Below, piece after piece: positions 13,682 through 31,315 of a DNA stretch of 64,000 nt. How positions within the stretch are numbered: position 1 is the stretch's first letter; the number at the start of each line of letters is the position of its first letter. The translations under genes were made by a program, and so were the position numbers. The stretch comes from Eledone cirrhosa (lineage: Eukaryota): assembly GCA_964016885.1 (NCBI GenBank), contig OZ024744.1:99076001-99140000 (forward strand), read 5' to 3'. The notes beneath the pieces are model-generated. The model did not search any database. It had not been told where the DNA came from and saw only the letters and a program-made list of their open reading frames with translations.

Positions 13682-16600
13682 TCAGAAGACTGTAGGCTAC
13701 CACAAAGCTCAGAAGACTGTAGGCTATCACAAAGCTCAGAAGACTGTAGGCTACCACAAAGCTCAGAAGACTGTAGGCTACCACAAAGCTCAGAAGACTG
13801 TAGGCTACCACAAAGCTCAGAAGACTGTAGGCTACCACAAAGCTCAGAAGACTGTAGGCTACCACAAAGCTCAGAAGACTGTAGGCTACCAGAAAGCTCA
13901 GAAGACTGTAGGCTACCACAAAGCTCAGAAGACTGTAGGCTACCACAAAGCTCAGAAGACTGTAGGCTACCACAAAGCTCAGAAGACTGTAGGCTACCAC
14001 AAAGCTCAGAAGACTGTAGGTTACCACACAGCTCAGAAGACTGTAGACTACCACAAAGCTCAGAAGACTGTAGGCTACCAGAAAGCTCAGAAGACTGTAG
14101 GCTACCAGAAAGCTCAGAAGACTGTAGGCTACCAGAAAGCTCAGAAGACTGTAGGCTACCAGAAAGCTCAGAAGACTGTAGGCTACCAGAAAGCTCAGAA
14201 GACTGTAGGCTACCAGAAAGCTCAGAAGACTGTAGGCTACCAGAAAGCTCAGAAGACTGTAGGCTACCACAAAGCTCAGAAGACTGTAGGCTACCACAAA
14301 GCTGAGAAGACTGTAGACTACCACAAAGCTCAGAAGACTGTAGGTTACCACAAAGCTCAGAAGACTGTAGGCTACCACAAAGCTGAGAAGACTGTAGGCT
14401 ACCACAAAGCTCAGAAGACTGTAGGCTACCACAAAGCTGAGAAGACTGTAGGCTACCACAAAGCTGAGAAGACTGTAGGCTACCACAAAGCTGAGAAGAC
14501 TGTAGGCTACCACAAAGCTCAGAAGACTGTAGGCTACCACAAAGCTCAGAAGACTGTAGGCTACCAGAAAGCTCAGAAGACTGTAGGCTACCACAAAGCT
14601 CAGAAGACTGTAGGCTACCACAAAGCTCAGAAGACTGTAGGCTACCACACAGCTCAGAAGACTGTAGGCTACCACAAAGCTCAGAAGACTGTAGGCTACC
14701 ACAAAGCTCAGAAGACTGTAGGCTACCACAAAGCTCAGAAGACTGTAGACTACCACAAAGCTCAGAAGACTGTAGGCTATCACAAAGCTCAGAAGACTGT
14801 AGGTTACCACACAGCTCAGAAGACTGTAGGCTACCACAAAGCTCAGAAGACTGCAGGCTACCACACAGCTCAGAAGACTGTAGGTTACCACACAGCTCAG
14901 AAGACTGTAGACTACCACAAAGCTCAGAAGACTGTAGGCTACCACAAAGCTCAGAAGACTGCAGGCTATCACAAAGCTCAGAAGACTGCAGGCTACCACA
15001 CAGCTCAGAAGACTGTAGGTTACCACACAGCTCAGAAGACTGTAGACTACCACAAAGCTCAGAAGACTGTAGGCTACCACAAAGCTCAGAAGACTGCAGG
15101 CTATCACAAAGCTCAGAAGACCGTAGACTACCACAAAGCTCAGAAGACTGTAGGCTATCACAAAGCTCAGAAGACTGTAGGCTATCACAAAGCTCAGAAG
15201 ACTGTAGACTACCACAAAGCTCAGAAGACTGTAGGCTACCACAAAGCTCAGAAGACTGTAGGCTACCACAAAGCTCAGAAGACTGCAGGCTACCACAAAG
15301 CTCAGAAGACTGTAGGCTACCACAAAGCTCAGAAGACTGTAGGCTACCACAAAGCTCAGAAGACTGTAGGCTACCACAAAGCTCAGAAGACTGTAGGCTA
15401 CCACAAAGCTCAGAAGACTGTAGGCTACCACAAAGCTCAGAAGATTGCAGGCTACCACAAAGCTCAGAAGACTGTAGGCTACCACAAAGCTCAGAAGACT
15501 GTAGGCTACCACAAAGCTCAGAAGACTGTAGGCTACCACAAAGCTCAGAAGACTGCAGGCTACCACAAAGCTCAGAAGACTGTAGGCTACCACAAAGCTC
15601 AGAAGACTGTAGGCTACCACAAAGCTCAGAAGACTGTAGGCTACCACAAAGCTCAGTAGACTGCAGGCTACCACAAAGCTCAGAAGACTGCAGGCTACCA
15701 CAAAGCTCAGAAGACTGCAGGCTACCACAAAGCTCAGTAGACTGTAGGCTACCACAAAGCTCTGTAGACTGTAGGCTACCACAAAGCTCAGAAGACTGTA
15801 GGTTACCACAAAGCTCAGAAGACTGCAGGCTACCACAAAGCTCAGAAGACTGTAGGCTACCACAAAGCTCAGAAGACTGTAGGCTACCACAAAGCTCAGA
15901 AGACTGTAGGCTACCACAAAGCTCAGAAGACTGTAGGCTACCACAAAGCTCAGAAGACTGTAGGCTACCACAAAGCTCAGGAGACTGCAGGCTACCACAA
16001 AGCTCAGAAGACTGTAGGCTACCACAAAGCTCAGAAGACTGTAGGCTACCACAAAGCTCAGAAGACCGTAGACTACCACAAAGCTCAGAAGACTGTAGGC
16101 TACCACAAAGCTAAGAAGACTGTAGGCTACCACAAAGCTCAGAAGACTGTAGGCTACCACAAAGCTAAGAAGACTGTAGGCTACCACAAAGCTCAGAAGA
16201 CTGTAGGTTACCACAAAGCTCAGAAGACTGTAGGCTACCACAAAGCTCAGAATACTGTAGGTTACCACACAGCTCAGAAGACTGTAGGCTATCACAAAGC
16301 TCAGAAGACTGCAGGCTACCACAAAGCTCAGAAGACTGCAGGCTATCACAAAGCTCAGAAGACTGCAGGCTACCACACAGCTCAGAAGACTGTAGGCTAT
16401 CACAAAGCTCAGAAGACTGCAGGCTATCACAAAGCTCAGAAGACTGTAGGCTACCACACAGCTCAGAAGACTGTAGGCTACCACAAAGCTCAGAAGACTG
16501 CAGGTTACCACACAGCTCAGAAGACTGTAGGCTATCACAAAGCTCAGAAGACTGTAGGTTACCACACAGCTCAGAAGACTGTAGGCTATCACAAAGCTCA

Positions 16601-19002
16601 GAAGACTGTAGGCTACCACACAGCTCAGAAGACTGTAGGCTACCACAAAGCTCAGAAGACTGTAGGTTACCACACAGCTCAGAAGACTGTAGGCTACCAC
16701 AAAGCTCAGAAGACTGTAGGCTACCACAAAGCTCAGAAGACTGTAGGCTACCACAAAGCTCAGAAGACTGCAGGCTATCACAAAGCTCAGAAGACTGTAG
16801 GCTACCACAAAGCTCAGAAGACTGTAGGCTACCACAAAGCTCAGAAGACTGTAGGCTACCACAAAGCTCAGAAGACTGTAGGCTATCACAAAGCTCAGAA
16901 GACTGTAGGCTACCACACAGCTCAGAAGACTGTAGGCTACCACAAAGCTCAGAAGACTGTAGACTACCACAAAGCTCAGAAGACTGTAGGTTACCACACA
17001 GCTCAGAAGACTGTAGACTACCACACAGCTCAGAAGACTGTAGGCTACCACAAAGCTCAGAAGACTGCAGGCTACCACACAGCTCAGAAGACTGTAGGTT
17101 ACCACACAGCTCAGAAGACTGTAGACTACCACAAAGCTCAGAAGACTGTAGGCTACCACAAAGCTCAGAAGACTGTAGGCTACCACAAAGCTCAGAAGAC
17201 TGTAGGCTACCACAAAGCTCAGAAGACTGTAGGCTATCACAAAGCTCAGAAGACTGTAGGCTACCACACAGCTCAGAAGACTGTAGGCTACCACAAAGCT
17301 CAGAAGACTGTAGACTACCACAAAGCTCAGAAGACTGTAGGTTACCACACAGCTCAGAAGACTGTAGACTACCACAAAGCTCAGAAGACTGTAGGTTACC
17401 ACAAAGCTCAGAAGACTGTAGGCTACCACAAAGCTCAGAAGACTGTAGGTTACCACACAGCTCAGAAGACTGTAGACTACCACAAAGCTCAGAAGACTGT
17501 AGGTTACCACACAGCTCAGAAGACTGTAGACTACCACAAAGCTCAGAAGACTGTAGGTTACCACACAGCTCAGAAGACTGTAGACTACCACAAAGCTCAG
17601 AAGACTGTAGGTTACCACAAAGCTCAGAAGACTGTAGACTACCACAAAGCTCAGAAGACTGCAGGCTATCACAAAGCTCAGAAGACTGTAGGCTATCACA
17701 AAGCTCAGAAGACTGTAGGTTACCACACAGCTCAGAAGACTGTAGGCTATCACAAAGCTCAGAAGACTGTAGGCTACCACACAGCTCAGAAGACTGTAGG
17801 CTACCACAAAGCTCAGAAGACTGTAGACTACCACAAAGCTCAGAAGACTGTAGACTACCACAAAGCTCAGAAGACTGTAGGCTACCACAAAGCTCAGAAG
17901 ACTGTAGACTACCACAAAGCTCAGAAGACTGTAAGTTACCACAAAGCTCAGAAGACTGCAGGCTATCACAAAGCTCAGAAGACTGTAGGCTATCACAAAG
18001 CTCAGAAGACTGTAGGTTACCACACAGCTCAGAAGACTGTAGGCTACCAGAAAGCTCAGAAGACTGTAGGCTATCACAAAGCTCAGAAGACTGTAGGTTA
18101 CCACACAGCTCAGAAGACTGTAGGCTATCACAAAGCTCAGAAGACTGTAGGTTACCACAAAGCTCAGAAGACTGTAGGTTACCACACAGCTCAGAAGACT
18201 GTAGACTACCACAAAGCTCAGAAGACTGTAGACTACCACAAAGCTCAGAAGACTGTAGGCTATCACAAAGCTCAGAAGACTGTAGGCTACCACAAAGCTC
18301 AGAAGACTGTAGGCTACCACAAAGCTCAGAAGACTGTAGGCTATCACAAAGCTCAGAAGACTGTAGGTTACCACAAAGCTCAGAAGACTGTAGACTACCA
18401 CAAAGCTCAGAAGACTGTAGACTACCACAAAGCTCAGAAGACTGTAGACTACCACAAAGCTCAGAAGACTGTAGAGTACCACAAAGCTCAGAAGACTGTA
18501 GGCTACCACAAAGCTCAGAAGACTGTAGGCTACCACAAAGCTCAGAAGACTGTAGGCTACCACAAAGCTCAGAAGACTGTAGACTACCACAAAGCTAAGA
18601 AGACTGTAGGCTACCACAAAGCTCAGAAGACTGTAGGCTACCACAAAGCTCAGAAGACTGTAGGCTGCCACAAAGCTCAGAAGACTGTAGGCTACCACAA
18701 AGCTCAGAAGACTGTAGGCTACCACAAAACTCAGAAGACTGTAGGCTACCACACAGCTCAGTAGACTGTAGGCTACCAGAAAGCTCAGAAGACTGTAGGC
18801 TACCAGAAAGCTCAGAAGACTGTAGGCTACCACAAAGCTCAGAAGACTGTAGGCTACCACAAAGCTCAGAAGACTGTAGGCTACCACAAAGCTCAGAAGA
18901 CTGTAGGCTACCACAAAGCTCAGAAGACCGTAGACTACCACAAAGCTCAGAAGACTGTAGGCTACCACAAAGCTCAGAAGACTGGAGGCCACCACAAAGC
19001 TA
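13682..19002. repeat. 27-bp tandem minisatellite CAGAAGACTGTAGGCTACCACAAAGCT (~197 units)
   Basis: Direct periodicity; equals the 46-mer minus 19 bp. Confidence 0.98.
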
Positions 19003-19585
19003 AGACCTGAACAGATAGATTATCTAGCCTTATATGCTGATCTCAGCACTTTTGTGGCTCAAACTCTAGAAGACCTACAAGCCACCAATCTAATAAAAGG
19101 ATAATAATAAAAGGATGAGTATGATTGCTAACAGGCCAGAAAATTGAAGTCATCTGTCTGTAAATGACACACTCACCACCACCCCTCCCTCTCTCCTCCC
19201 CACTTTCTCAGTAGAACAACAGCAACAACCATAACATTTCACAAAACCTTATTCTCTTTATTGATTTACGATGAAATCAATTCAAAAGTTAACAGCTAAA
19301 TAAATAACTGCAACGGCTATGTCACTCTTATCTGACCTTTGGTCTTTTTCTCATGACCATTAAACCTATTAGAAAATAAAAAGTATCCCTCCCTCATCTA
19401 AAAATATCTCCAATTTTATACAAAACCTATGTCACGCCACTATAATTGCTGGCCTTGTGCCTAAAAGTAGAAACAATTATTTATTACTGTTTATCTATGC
19501 AGTTAAACCACACAGATATTCTAGAGACTGTCACATGAGTTATTTATTAGCTTACATATGATTATCATTGCATTATACATATATA

Positions 19586-19908
19586 TCTATATATCTAAAA
19601 TAGAGAATGTCTGTCAGTCTGTCCGATCACTAGAACTAGAGAACCACCCAACCGATTGTTTTCAAACTTTACACATGTAATACTTATGGCTATGTGAGTG
19701 TTTTGAGCGAAGAATATTTCAAATTTTCAATGCCCTAGGGACTGCATTAGGCGATTTAGCGATCTCTCTCTATAACTCTTAGTCTTTCTCTTTTTAGATA
19801 GATACATATATATAACGTTGCGCCCTTATAATATCTGTCTGTATGTCTGGCTGTCTGCATTACGACATTATAACATAGCTGTCTGTGTGTGTATATATGT
19901 ATATATAG

Positions 19909-19971
<63 letters not shown>

Positions 19972-20261
19972 TGCAACATTTTTCGAAATATTTACTTCTG
20001 CGTTCACAGATTAATTTTTTTAGTTTCAGAAGATCCCGTCAAGGGCGAAAGCAGCGATTCTTTGCTTAAACTTTAATCTGTTATTTTAATATATATATAT
20101 TTATATATATAATTATATATTCGTGTACAGATATTTTTGCATACACAATAACAAAATATAAACAAACGTATTTATTTCACGAGGCTCGATAAGGATAAAT
20201 ATATATCAAGTATATAAGAACCTTAGAGCAAATCCCGAGCAACGCCGGGCCATTCTGCTAG
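19586..20261 (+). mobile_element. Non-autonomous Helitron-like element with internal PLE pLTR fragments
   Basis: A|TCTATATATCTAAAA...GTCTGTC 5' end; 3' CCCGAGCAACGCCGGG hairpin followed by CTAG|T at 20258-20262. Confidence 0.65.
20022..20072 (+). ncRNA. Type I hammerhead-like motif, U4A core variant (family B)
   Basis: Stem I AGTTT/AAACT, core CAGAAGA, stem II CCC/GGG, GAAA, stem III AGCA/TGCT, triplet CUU. Confidence 0.65.
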
Positions 20262-23526
<3,265 letters not shown>

Positions 23527-23529
<3 letters not shown>

Positions 23530-23640
23530 AACCAGTAAGACCCCGACAGCTGAGCTCAAGCCGTTTCGACGGCTAATTCTGGACTAAATGAAAATTTATC
23601 CTGGTATTTAAATAGCCGATCTTCTCAAGGGGTAATTCCA
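23527..23640 (-). ncRNA. Degenerate extended type I hammerhead-like motif next to (TA)n
   Basis: Minus strand reads ACCCC-TTGAGAAGA-TCGGCTA...TAGCCGTC-GAAAC-GGCTTGAGCTCAGCTGTC^GGGGT; core is non-canonical; same family as 60035-60150. Confidence 0.45.
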
Positions 23641-24846
23641 TATATGGTCAAAGTGATTGTCAAAAATCAGTAGTAATTCTGTGGTTGCAAATTAGTAGGG
23701 GAGATGGTGGCTAAACCTGCCAGTAGGAGAAAGAGGGGAGGGGGTGGAGTAGACCCAATCAAGCGTTGGTAGTGCCAGCTACAGCTGGGTATGAGGTCAA
23801 AGAAGATACAGGGGAGGGGGAGGGGGAGGAAGTCGGAACGGTAGGTAGAACAATGGGGGGTAGAAACATATAGGAAAGAAAAAATACTGAGAGTGAAGAA
23901 AAGCAAATAAGTGTAAAGAAAAAAGTAAAGTAAATTAAATTCTACGACCTAGGTCTCTAGCTATTGTTAGGCTAGAATAAATAAATAAAGAAAGAAAGGA
24001 AGAAGTAAAGAAAGAAATAAAGAAATAACGAAATAAGTAAAAGAACTAGGTGGGACGGAATAGGCAAGGACCCTTTTAAGAGGTATAAGTACGTAAATGA
24101 TACGGTGACGGGTCAACAAAAGGGGCCAAAATACTAAAGAGACTACCACGAAATAAACAATAAAGGTTTCCATCCCGGGCACAATGCCAGCAACCACCCA
24201 GTGCAGCAAAGTGAACTAGTACGAGATAATAAATCTGGGTCCCGAGAAAAATATATACTAATGCTAACTCTAAAAGATCTAAAACAAGCTACATGAAAGT
24301 TCGTACGAAGTAAAGGTAGAATACGGAAAAATAAATTCAGAATCCACCCCGCCCAAAAGAAAAGCGAAGAAAGAAATACTGAAACGAAAAAATAAGGCAT
24401 AAGTGCCACTAAGAAATATAGAGGGCACAGAGAATAGTGGGAGCGGTCGGAAAAAGGGGACAAGTATCCGGGGTCTAAACCAACTGCTATAAAGGGCGGA
24501 GTCCGCCAAATCTATCATAGACTTGGGGAGGGGGTGGGGGTACTAAGGCTACAAGGGGCCAAAGGGCAGCCTCGGGTGGGCGAGAAAAGACGCCGACAAA
24601 GGAGAAGAGCTGGGGTAGAAGGACTAAGGAGAGAGGGGGGAAGGAAATAAAGGAAGCGATAAACGAATACAAAGAAGATCTTACGTCTCCCTTGGCAAGC
24701 AGGGGTTACCCATTGCAAAATCGGCAAGTGGGGTGTTATAGCCCTAGTCTACCCCCCCCGGGTCATTATGGGGTTTGAGGGCGAGGTAAGTCCTACGCAA
24801 TCTATGTTTACATGCAGTAACCAGTTCATCTTTCTTGTTTAGGAGT

Positions 24847-24901
24847 TGGTCCGTCGAAAACAGCATTTGTAAACTTTACAAATGCTGTTTTCGACGGACC
24901 A
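24847..24901. repeat. Perfect 27-bp-arm hairpin with 1-nt loop next to (TA)n
   Basis: TGGTCCGTCGAAAACAGCATTTGTAAA-C-TTTACAAATGCTGTTTTCGACGGACCA. Confidence 0.95.
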
Positions 24902-24903
24902 TC

Positions 24904-25292
<389 letters not shown>

Positions 25293-25776
25293 ATATATAT
25301 ATATATATATAATAGAAAAAAAAACGAGGAAATTTTGTTTACATATAAAAAATATTTATCGCGTATCGACCTATTACGTTCGTTCCACAGAGGATTGGCT
25401 CAAAGTGATCCGTAGGAGTTATGGATCCGACTCCAGTATCGATCTGTACCTCAGACTGATGATGTGACAAAAAATATATTTTTGTTAAGGTATGTGGACT
25501 AAGAATATATATATATAGGCATTTCCCTATTTTTTTGTGAGGGCGTATGTGTATATTTTGGTGTAATTGGTGTGGTGGCAACACCATTATTTCACCATAC
25601 TACCTACACTATATATATATAGAAGATCCCGTTAAGGGGGAAAGCAGGAATTCTTTGCTTAAACTTTAATCTGTTATTTTAATAAATATTTGCTCTAGAG
25701 TTCTTATATATATTTGATATATATTTATCCTTATCGAGCCCTCTTTGGATTTTAGTCTTCAAATTTATTATTACTA

Positions 25777-25836
<60 letters not shown>

Positions 25837-25840
25837 TATA

Positions 25841-26562
25841 TAAACGGAAAAAATGAAACGAAATTTCATTTCCCACTCTTAGTACGGCTGTTACTTAAAT
25901 ATAAGTATTTATACGTACATACATATATGTATACAGACGTACAGTAGTATGTATATATATATATACATACATGCACACATATATATATGTACGTATGGAT
26001 TCACAGAACATTTATTATAATGCTCGGTGTGTTTGAAAACAAACATCCCCTATTAAGCCGTAGTGTCTAGCAACCATCGTTGCTAGTTTGTTCAACACTT
26101 ACAAAGGAACGCTGTACTAGTTTCAAGCTTATTAGCTATCGTCAGCAACGTATACCTTCCTGCCAGATGATTGAATGTCTGAAAGTATATACTTTCCTTA
26201 TGCATATTAACGGCTGGGCAGCCTAATTTGCATATCGAGTGGGTTAATCGGCCGGGTGCACCGAAAACGATAAACGGAAAAAATGAAACGATTAACCCAC
26301 TCGATATGCAAATTAGGCTGCTCAGCCGTAAATATGCATAAGGAAAGTATATACTTTCAGACGTTCAATCATCTGGCAGGAAGGTATACGTTGCTGACGA
26401 TAGCTAATAAGCTTGAAACTAGTACAGCGTTCCTTTGTCAGTGTTGAACAAACGAGCAACGATGGTTGCTAGACACTACGGCTTAATATAGGATGTTTGT
26501 TTACAAATACACCGAGCATTATAATAAATGTTCTGTGAATCCATACGTACATATATATATGT
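25841..26562. mobile_element. Fold-back PLE-derived insert with ~270-bp arms and a hammerhead in each arm
   Basis: ~25985-26250 is the reverse complement of ~26289-26560; hammerheads at 26109-26151(-) and 26388-26430(+). Confidence 0.88.
26388..26430 (+). ncRNA. Minimal type I hammerhead ribozyme
   Basis: ACGTTG-CTGACGA-TAGCT AATA AGCTT-GAAA-CTAG-TA^CAGCGT; palindromic stem III ACTAGT; GUA triplet. Confidence 0.88.
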
Positions 26563-26567
26563 GTGCA

Positions 26568-28620
26568 CTACACCACACCACACTACACCACACCACCCAC
26601 ACCACACTACATCACACAACACTACACTACACCACACTACACAACACCACACTACACCAGACCACACTACACCACACTACACTACACCATACTACACTAC
26701 ACTACACCACACCACACTACACTACACGACACCACACTACACTATACTACACCACACTACACCACACCATACTACACCACACCGCACTACACCAGACCAC
26801 ACCACACTACACCACACTACACCACACTACACCACACTACACCACACTACACCACACCACACCACACCACACTAAACCACACAACACCACACTACACCAC
26901 ACCACACTACACCACACTACACCACACTACACCACACCACACCACACCACACTAAACCACACAACACCACACTACGCCACACTACACAACACCACACTAC
27001 ACCACACTACACCACACCACACTACACCACACTACACTACACCACACCACACTACACTACACTACACCAGACTACACCACACTACACTACACCACACTAC
27101 ACCACACTACACCACACCTCACTACACCACACCACACTACACCACACTACACAACAACACACTACACCTCACTACACAAAACCACACTACACCACACTAC
27201 ACTACACTACACCACACAACACCACACAACACCACACTACACCGCACTACACCACACCTTATCACACCACACCACACCACACTACACCACACCACACTAC
27301 ACTACACCACACTACACCACACCACACCACACCACACTAAACCACACAACACCACACTACGCCACACTACACAACACCACACTACACCACACTACACCAC
27401 ACCACACTACACCACACTACACTACACCACACCACACTACACTACACTACACCAGACTACACCACACTACACCACACTACACCACACTACACCACACCTC
27501 ACTACACCACACCACACTACACCACACTACACCACACTACACCACACTACACTACACTACACTACACCACACTACACCACACTACACAATACCACACTAC
27601 ACCACACCACATTACACCACACTACACCACACTACACTACATTACACTACACTACACTACTCTACACCACAACAAACTACACCACACTACACAAAACCAC
27701 ACTACACCACACTACACTACATTATACCACACTACACCACACTACACAAAACCACACTACACCACACTACACTACACTACGCCACACTACACCACACAAC
27801 GCTACACCACACCATACCACACCACACTACACCACACAACACCACACAACACCACACTACACCACACCACACCACACTACACTACACCACACCACACTAC
27901 ATCACACCACACTACACCACACCGCACTACACCACACCACACTATACCACACCACACCACACTACACCACACCACACTACACCACACAAGACCACACTAC
28001 ACCACACTACACAACACCACACTACACCACACTACACTACACCACACTACACCACACTACACTACATCACACTACACACACCACACTACACTACACGACA
28101 CCACACTACACTACACTACACCACACTACACCACACCACACCACACCACACTACACCACACTACACCACACCACACTACACCACACCACACTACATTACA
28201 CCACACTACACCACACTACACTACACTACACCACACTACACTACACTACATTACACAACACCACACTACACCACACTACACCACACTACACCACACTACG
28301 CCACACCACACCACACTACACTACACCACACTACACCACACTACACCACACTACACCACACTACACCACACTACAGCACACTACACCACACCACACTACA
28401 CCACACTACACCACACTACACTACACCACATTACATTTCACTACACTACACTACACCACACTACACAACACCACACCACACTACACCACACCATACCACA
28501 CTACACCACACTACACCACACTACACCACACTACAGCACACTACACCACACCATACTACACCGCACTACACCACACCATACCACACCACACCACACCACA
28601 CCACACTACACCACACCACA
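26568..28620. repeat. Mixed pentanucleotide (ACCAC/ACTAC)n tract
   Basis: Direct periodicity. Confidence 0.95.
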
Positions 28621-28644
28621 AAATAGATTAGTTAAGCTGAGTGT

Positions 28645-29270
28645 TATTACTACTACTACTCTACTACGACTACTAACACTTCCACCACCAAAACCGCCAC
28701 CACCACCAACACCACCATCACCATAACCAGCATCACAACCACCATCAAAACCACAACCACCATCACCAAAATCACCACCACCACCACCAAAACCACCACC
28801 ACCACCACCAAAACCACGACCACCACCACCAGAACCACCACCACCATCACCACCATCACCACCACAACCACCACCAAAACCACCACCAACTACAACAACA
28901 CCAACACCACCACCAACACCATCACCAAAACCAACACCACCAACATTACTCCCCCCCCACTACTACTACTACTAACACCTCCATCACCACCATCACCACC
29001 AACATCACCACCACCACCACCACCGCCACCAAAACCACCACCACTAACACCAACACCACCAACACCACCAACACCACCACCACCAACACAACAGCACCAC
29101 CACCACCACCAACAATACCACCACCACCATCACCAACACTAACACCACCACCAACACCACTACCACCACCACCACCACCAAAATCACCACCACCATCACC
29201 ACCACCACCAAAACCTCCACCACCATCACCACCATCACCAAAACTAACACCACAAACACTACCCCATCCT

Positions 29271-29318
<48 letters not shown>

Positions 29319-29384
29319 ACACCAGCACCACCACAACCACCACCAAAACCACCAAAACCACCACCACCAACACTAACCCCCTCC

Positions 29385-29415
<31 letters not shown>

Positions 29416-29488
29416 CACAACTACCACAACTACCACCACCAACACCAATACCACCACCACCAACAACAACAACACTAACCCTCTCCCC

Positions 29489-29535
<47 letters not shown>

Positions 29536-29704
29536 CACTACTACTACCACCACCACCACCACCTCCACTACTACTACCACCACCACCACCACCGCCGCCA
29601 CCACCACCTCCACCACCACCACTACTACTACCACAACTACCACAACTACCACCACCAACACCAATACCACCACCACCACCAACAACAACACTAACCCCCT
29701 CCCC

Positions 29705-29748
<44 letters not shown>

Positions 29749-29839
29749 CACCACTACTACCACCACCACCACCACCACCACCACCTCCACTACTACTACT
29801 ACCACCACCACCACCGCCGCCACCACCACCTCCACCACC

Positions 29840-29871
<32 letters not shown>

Positions 29872-29932
29872 CACTACCACTACTACTACTACTATTACTA
29901 CTACTACTACCACTACCACTACTGCTACCCTC

Positions 29933-30030
<98 letters not shown>
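28645..30030. repeat. Compound (CAC)n/(TAC)n trinucleotide tract
   Basis: Direct periodicity, ending in a pure (ACT)n run. Confidence 0.95.
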
Positions 30031-30114
30031 GGGGATTATTTAGCATGTTTAAGATTAAGATTTTTACTTTACAACTACAATGAGAATAATTCTTTTATAC
30101 TTAGATAAAGGATA

Positions 30115-30540
30115 TATGTGTGTGTGTGTTTGTGTGTTTGAGTGTGTATGTGTGAGTGTGTGTGTATGTGTGTGTGAGTGTGTGTGTATGTGTGTGTGTG
30201 TGTGTTTGAGTGTGTATGTGTGTGTGTGAGTGTGTGTGAGTGTGTGAATGTGAGTGTGTGAGTGTGTGTGTGTGCGAGTGCGTGCATGAGTATGTGTGTG
30301 AATGTGTGTGTGTGAGTATGTGAGTGTGTGCATGTGTGTCTGTGTGAGTGCGTGAGTGAGTGTGTGTGAATGCGCGCGTGTGTGTGTGCGTGTATGTGAA
30401 TGTGTATGTGAGTGAGTGTGCATGTGTGGTGTGTGTGAGGTGAGTGTATGTGAGTGTGTGAATGTCTGTGTGTGAATGTGTAAATATGTGAGTGTGTGAA
30501 TGTGTGGGAGTCTGTGTATGTGTGTTGTGTGTGTGTGCCA
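30115..30540. repeat. Degenerate (TG)n microsatellite
   Basis: Direct periodicity. Confidence 0.9.
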
Positions 30541-30889
30541 ATGTCTGTTTCTTTGTCTTTGTCTCTCTCTCACTTTTTCTGTCTGTCTGTCTTTCTCTCT
30601 CTATCTTTCTCCTCCACTCTCTCCCTTCTTCCTTCCCCCACGCTACCCCCACCCCCTCCCACACTCCCCCCCTTCCCCTTGCCTCACTCTTTCATCCTTT
30701 TTAGGTTGATAGATAAATAAAATAGCAGTCTAGTACTGGTTGCAATTCCCACCCCCTCTTTTCTTCTCTCCCACTTCTTTGGAAGAAATCCTGTTCTGTC
30801 AACATGAATGGACCTGTTATTTTTATCTAAAGACATTTTTTCCAATTCCAACCCACCTGTCGCTTCAATCTTTCTTATTTCTCATTCTT

Positions 30890-30925
30890 TCTTCTGATGA
30901 AGGACTAGCGTCCGAAACGTTAAGA
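30890..30925 (+). ncRNA. Minimal type I hammerhead ribozyme
   Basis: TCTT-CTGATGA-A GGAC TAGC GTCC-GAAACGTT^AAGA; loopless palindromic stem III. Confidence 0.82.
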
Positions 30926-31006
30926 CCCTCTTCCTGGTATTTCAAGCGTTAACCCAATATATCCCTTCCATATACTGTACCGATTGTGTTGTTATTTCTG
31001 TTTACC

Positions 31007-31077
<71 letters not shown>

Positions 31078-31245
31078 CACACACACATATATATATATGG
31101 ATGCATTTATATGTACAAATATATATATATATATATATAAGTATTGAAATTTCCGTTGAAAACAGAAAAGGTCATAGAAGTGAAGAGTGCTCTATGTAAT
31201 TACCAGAGCAAAATTTAATGTATAAAAATCAATACAATATAATTA

Positions 31246-31315
31246 CCTCATTACCAGAGGTTTCCCGAATGAGGCGAATACGAAAGAAACGTCTTCATTC
31301 GTTCGTCAGACGAGG
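31246..31315 (-). ncRNA. Type I hammerhead ribozyme with extended stem II
   Basis: Reverse complement: CCTCGT-CTGACGA-ACGAATGA...TCATTCGG-GAAA-CC TCT GG-TA^ATGAGG. Confidence 0.85.

Noticed and set aside
13623-18995. 1790-aa hydrophobic ORF of YSLLSFVVA repeats
   Set aside because: A by-product of a 27-bp unit (multiple of 3). In this frame only the TAC codon is one substitution from a stop, so it stays open by chance; it starts at a non-ATG codon and has no unique domain.
1-19002. CRISPR-like appearance of regular short repeats
   Set aside because: Units are contiguous with no unique spacers, no cas genes are present, and the context is eukaryotic.
25455-25500. CTGATGA plus hairpin, and similar partial cores at ~22655, 36625, 37617 and 57455
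   Set aside because: GAAA or stem I/III missing or broken; not counted as hammerheads.
26493-30664. His/Thr-rich, poly-Val and HT-repeat ORFs
   Set aside because: Translations of pentamer, trinucleotide and (TG)n microsatellites.
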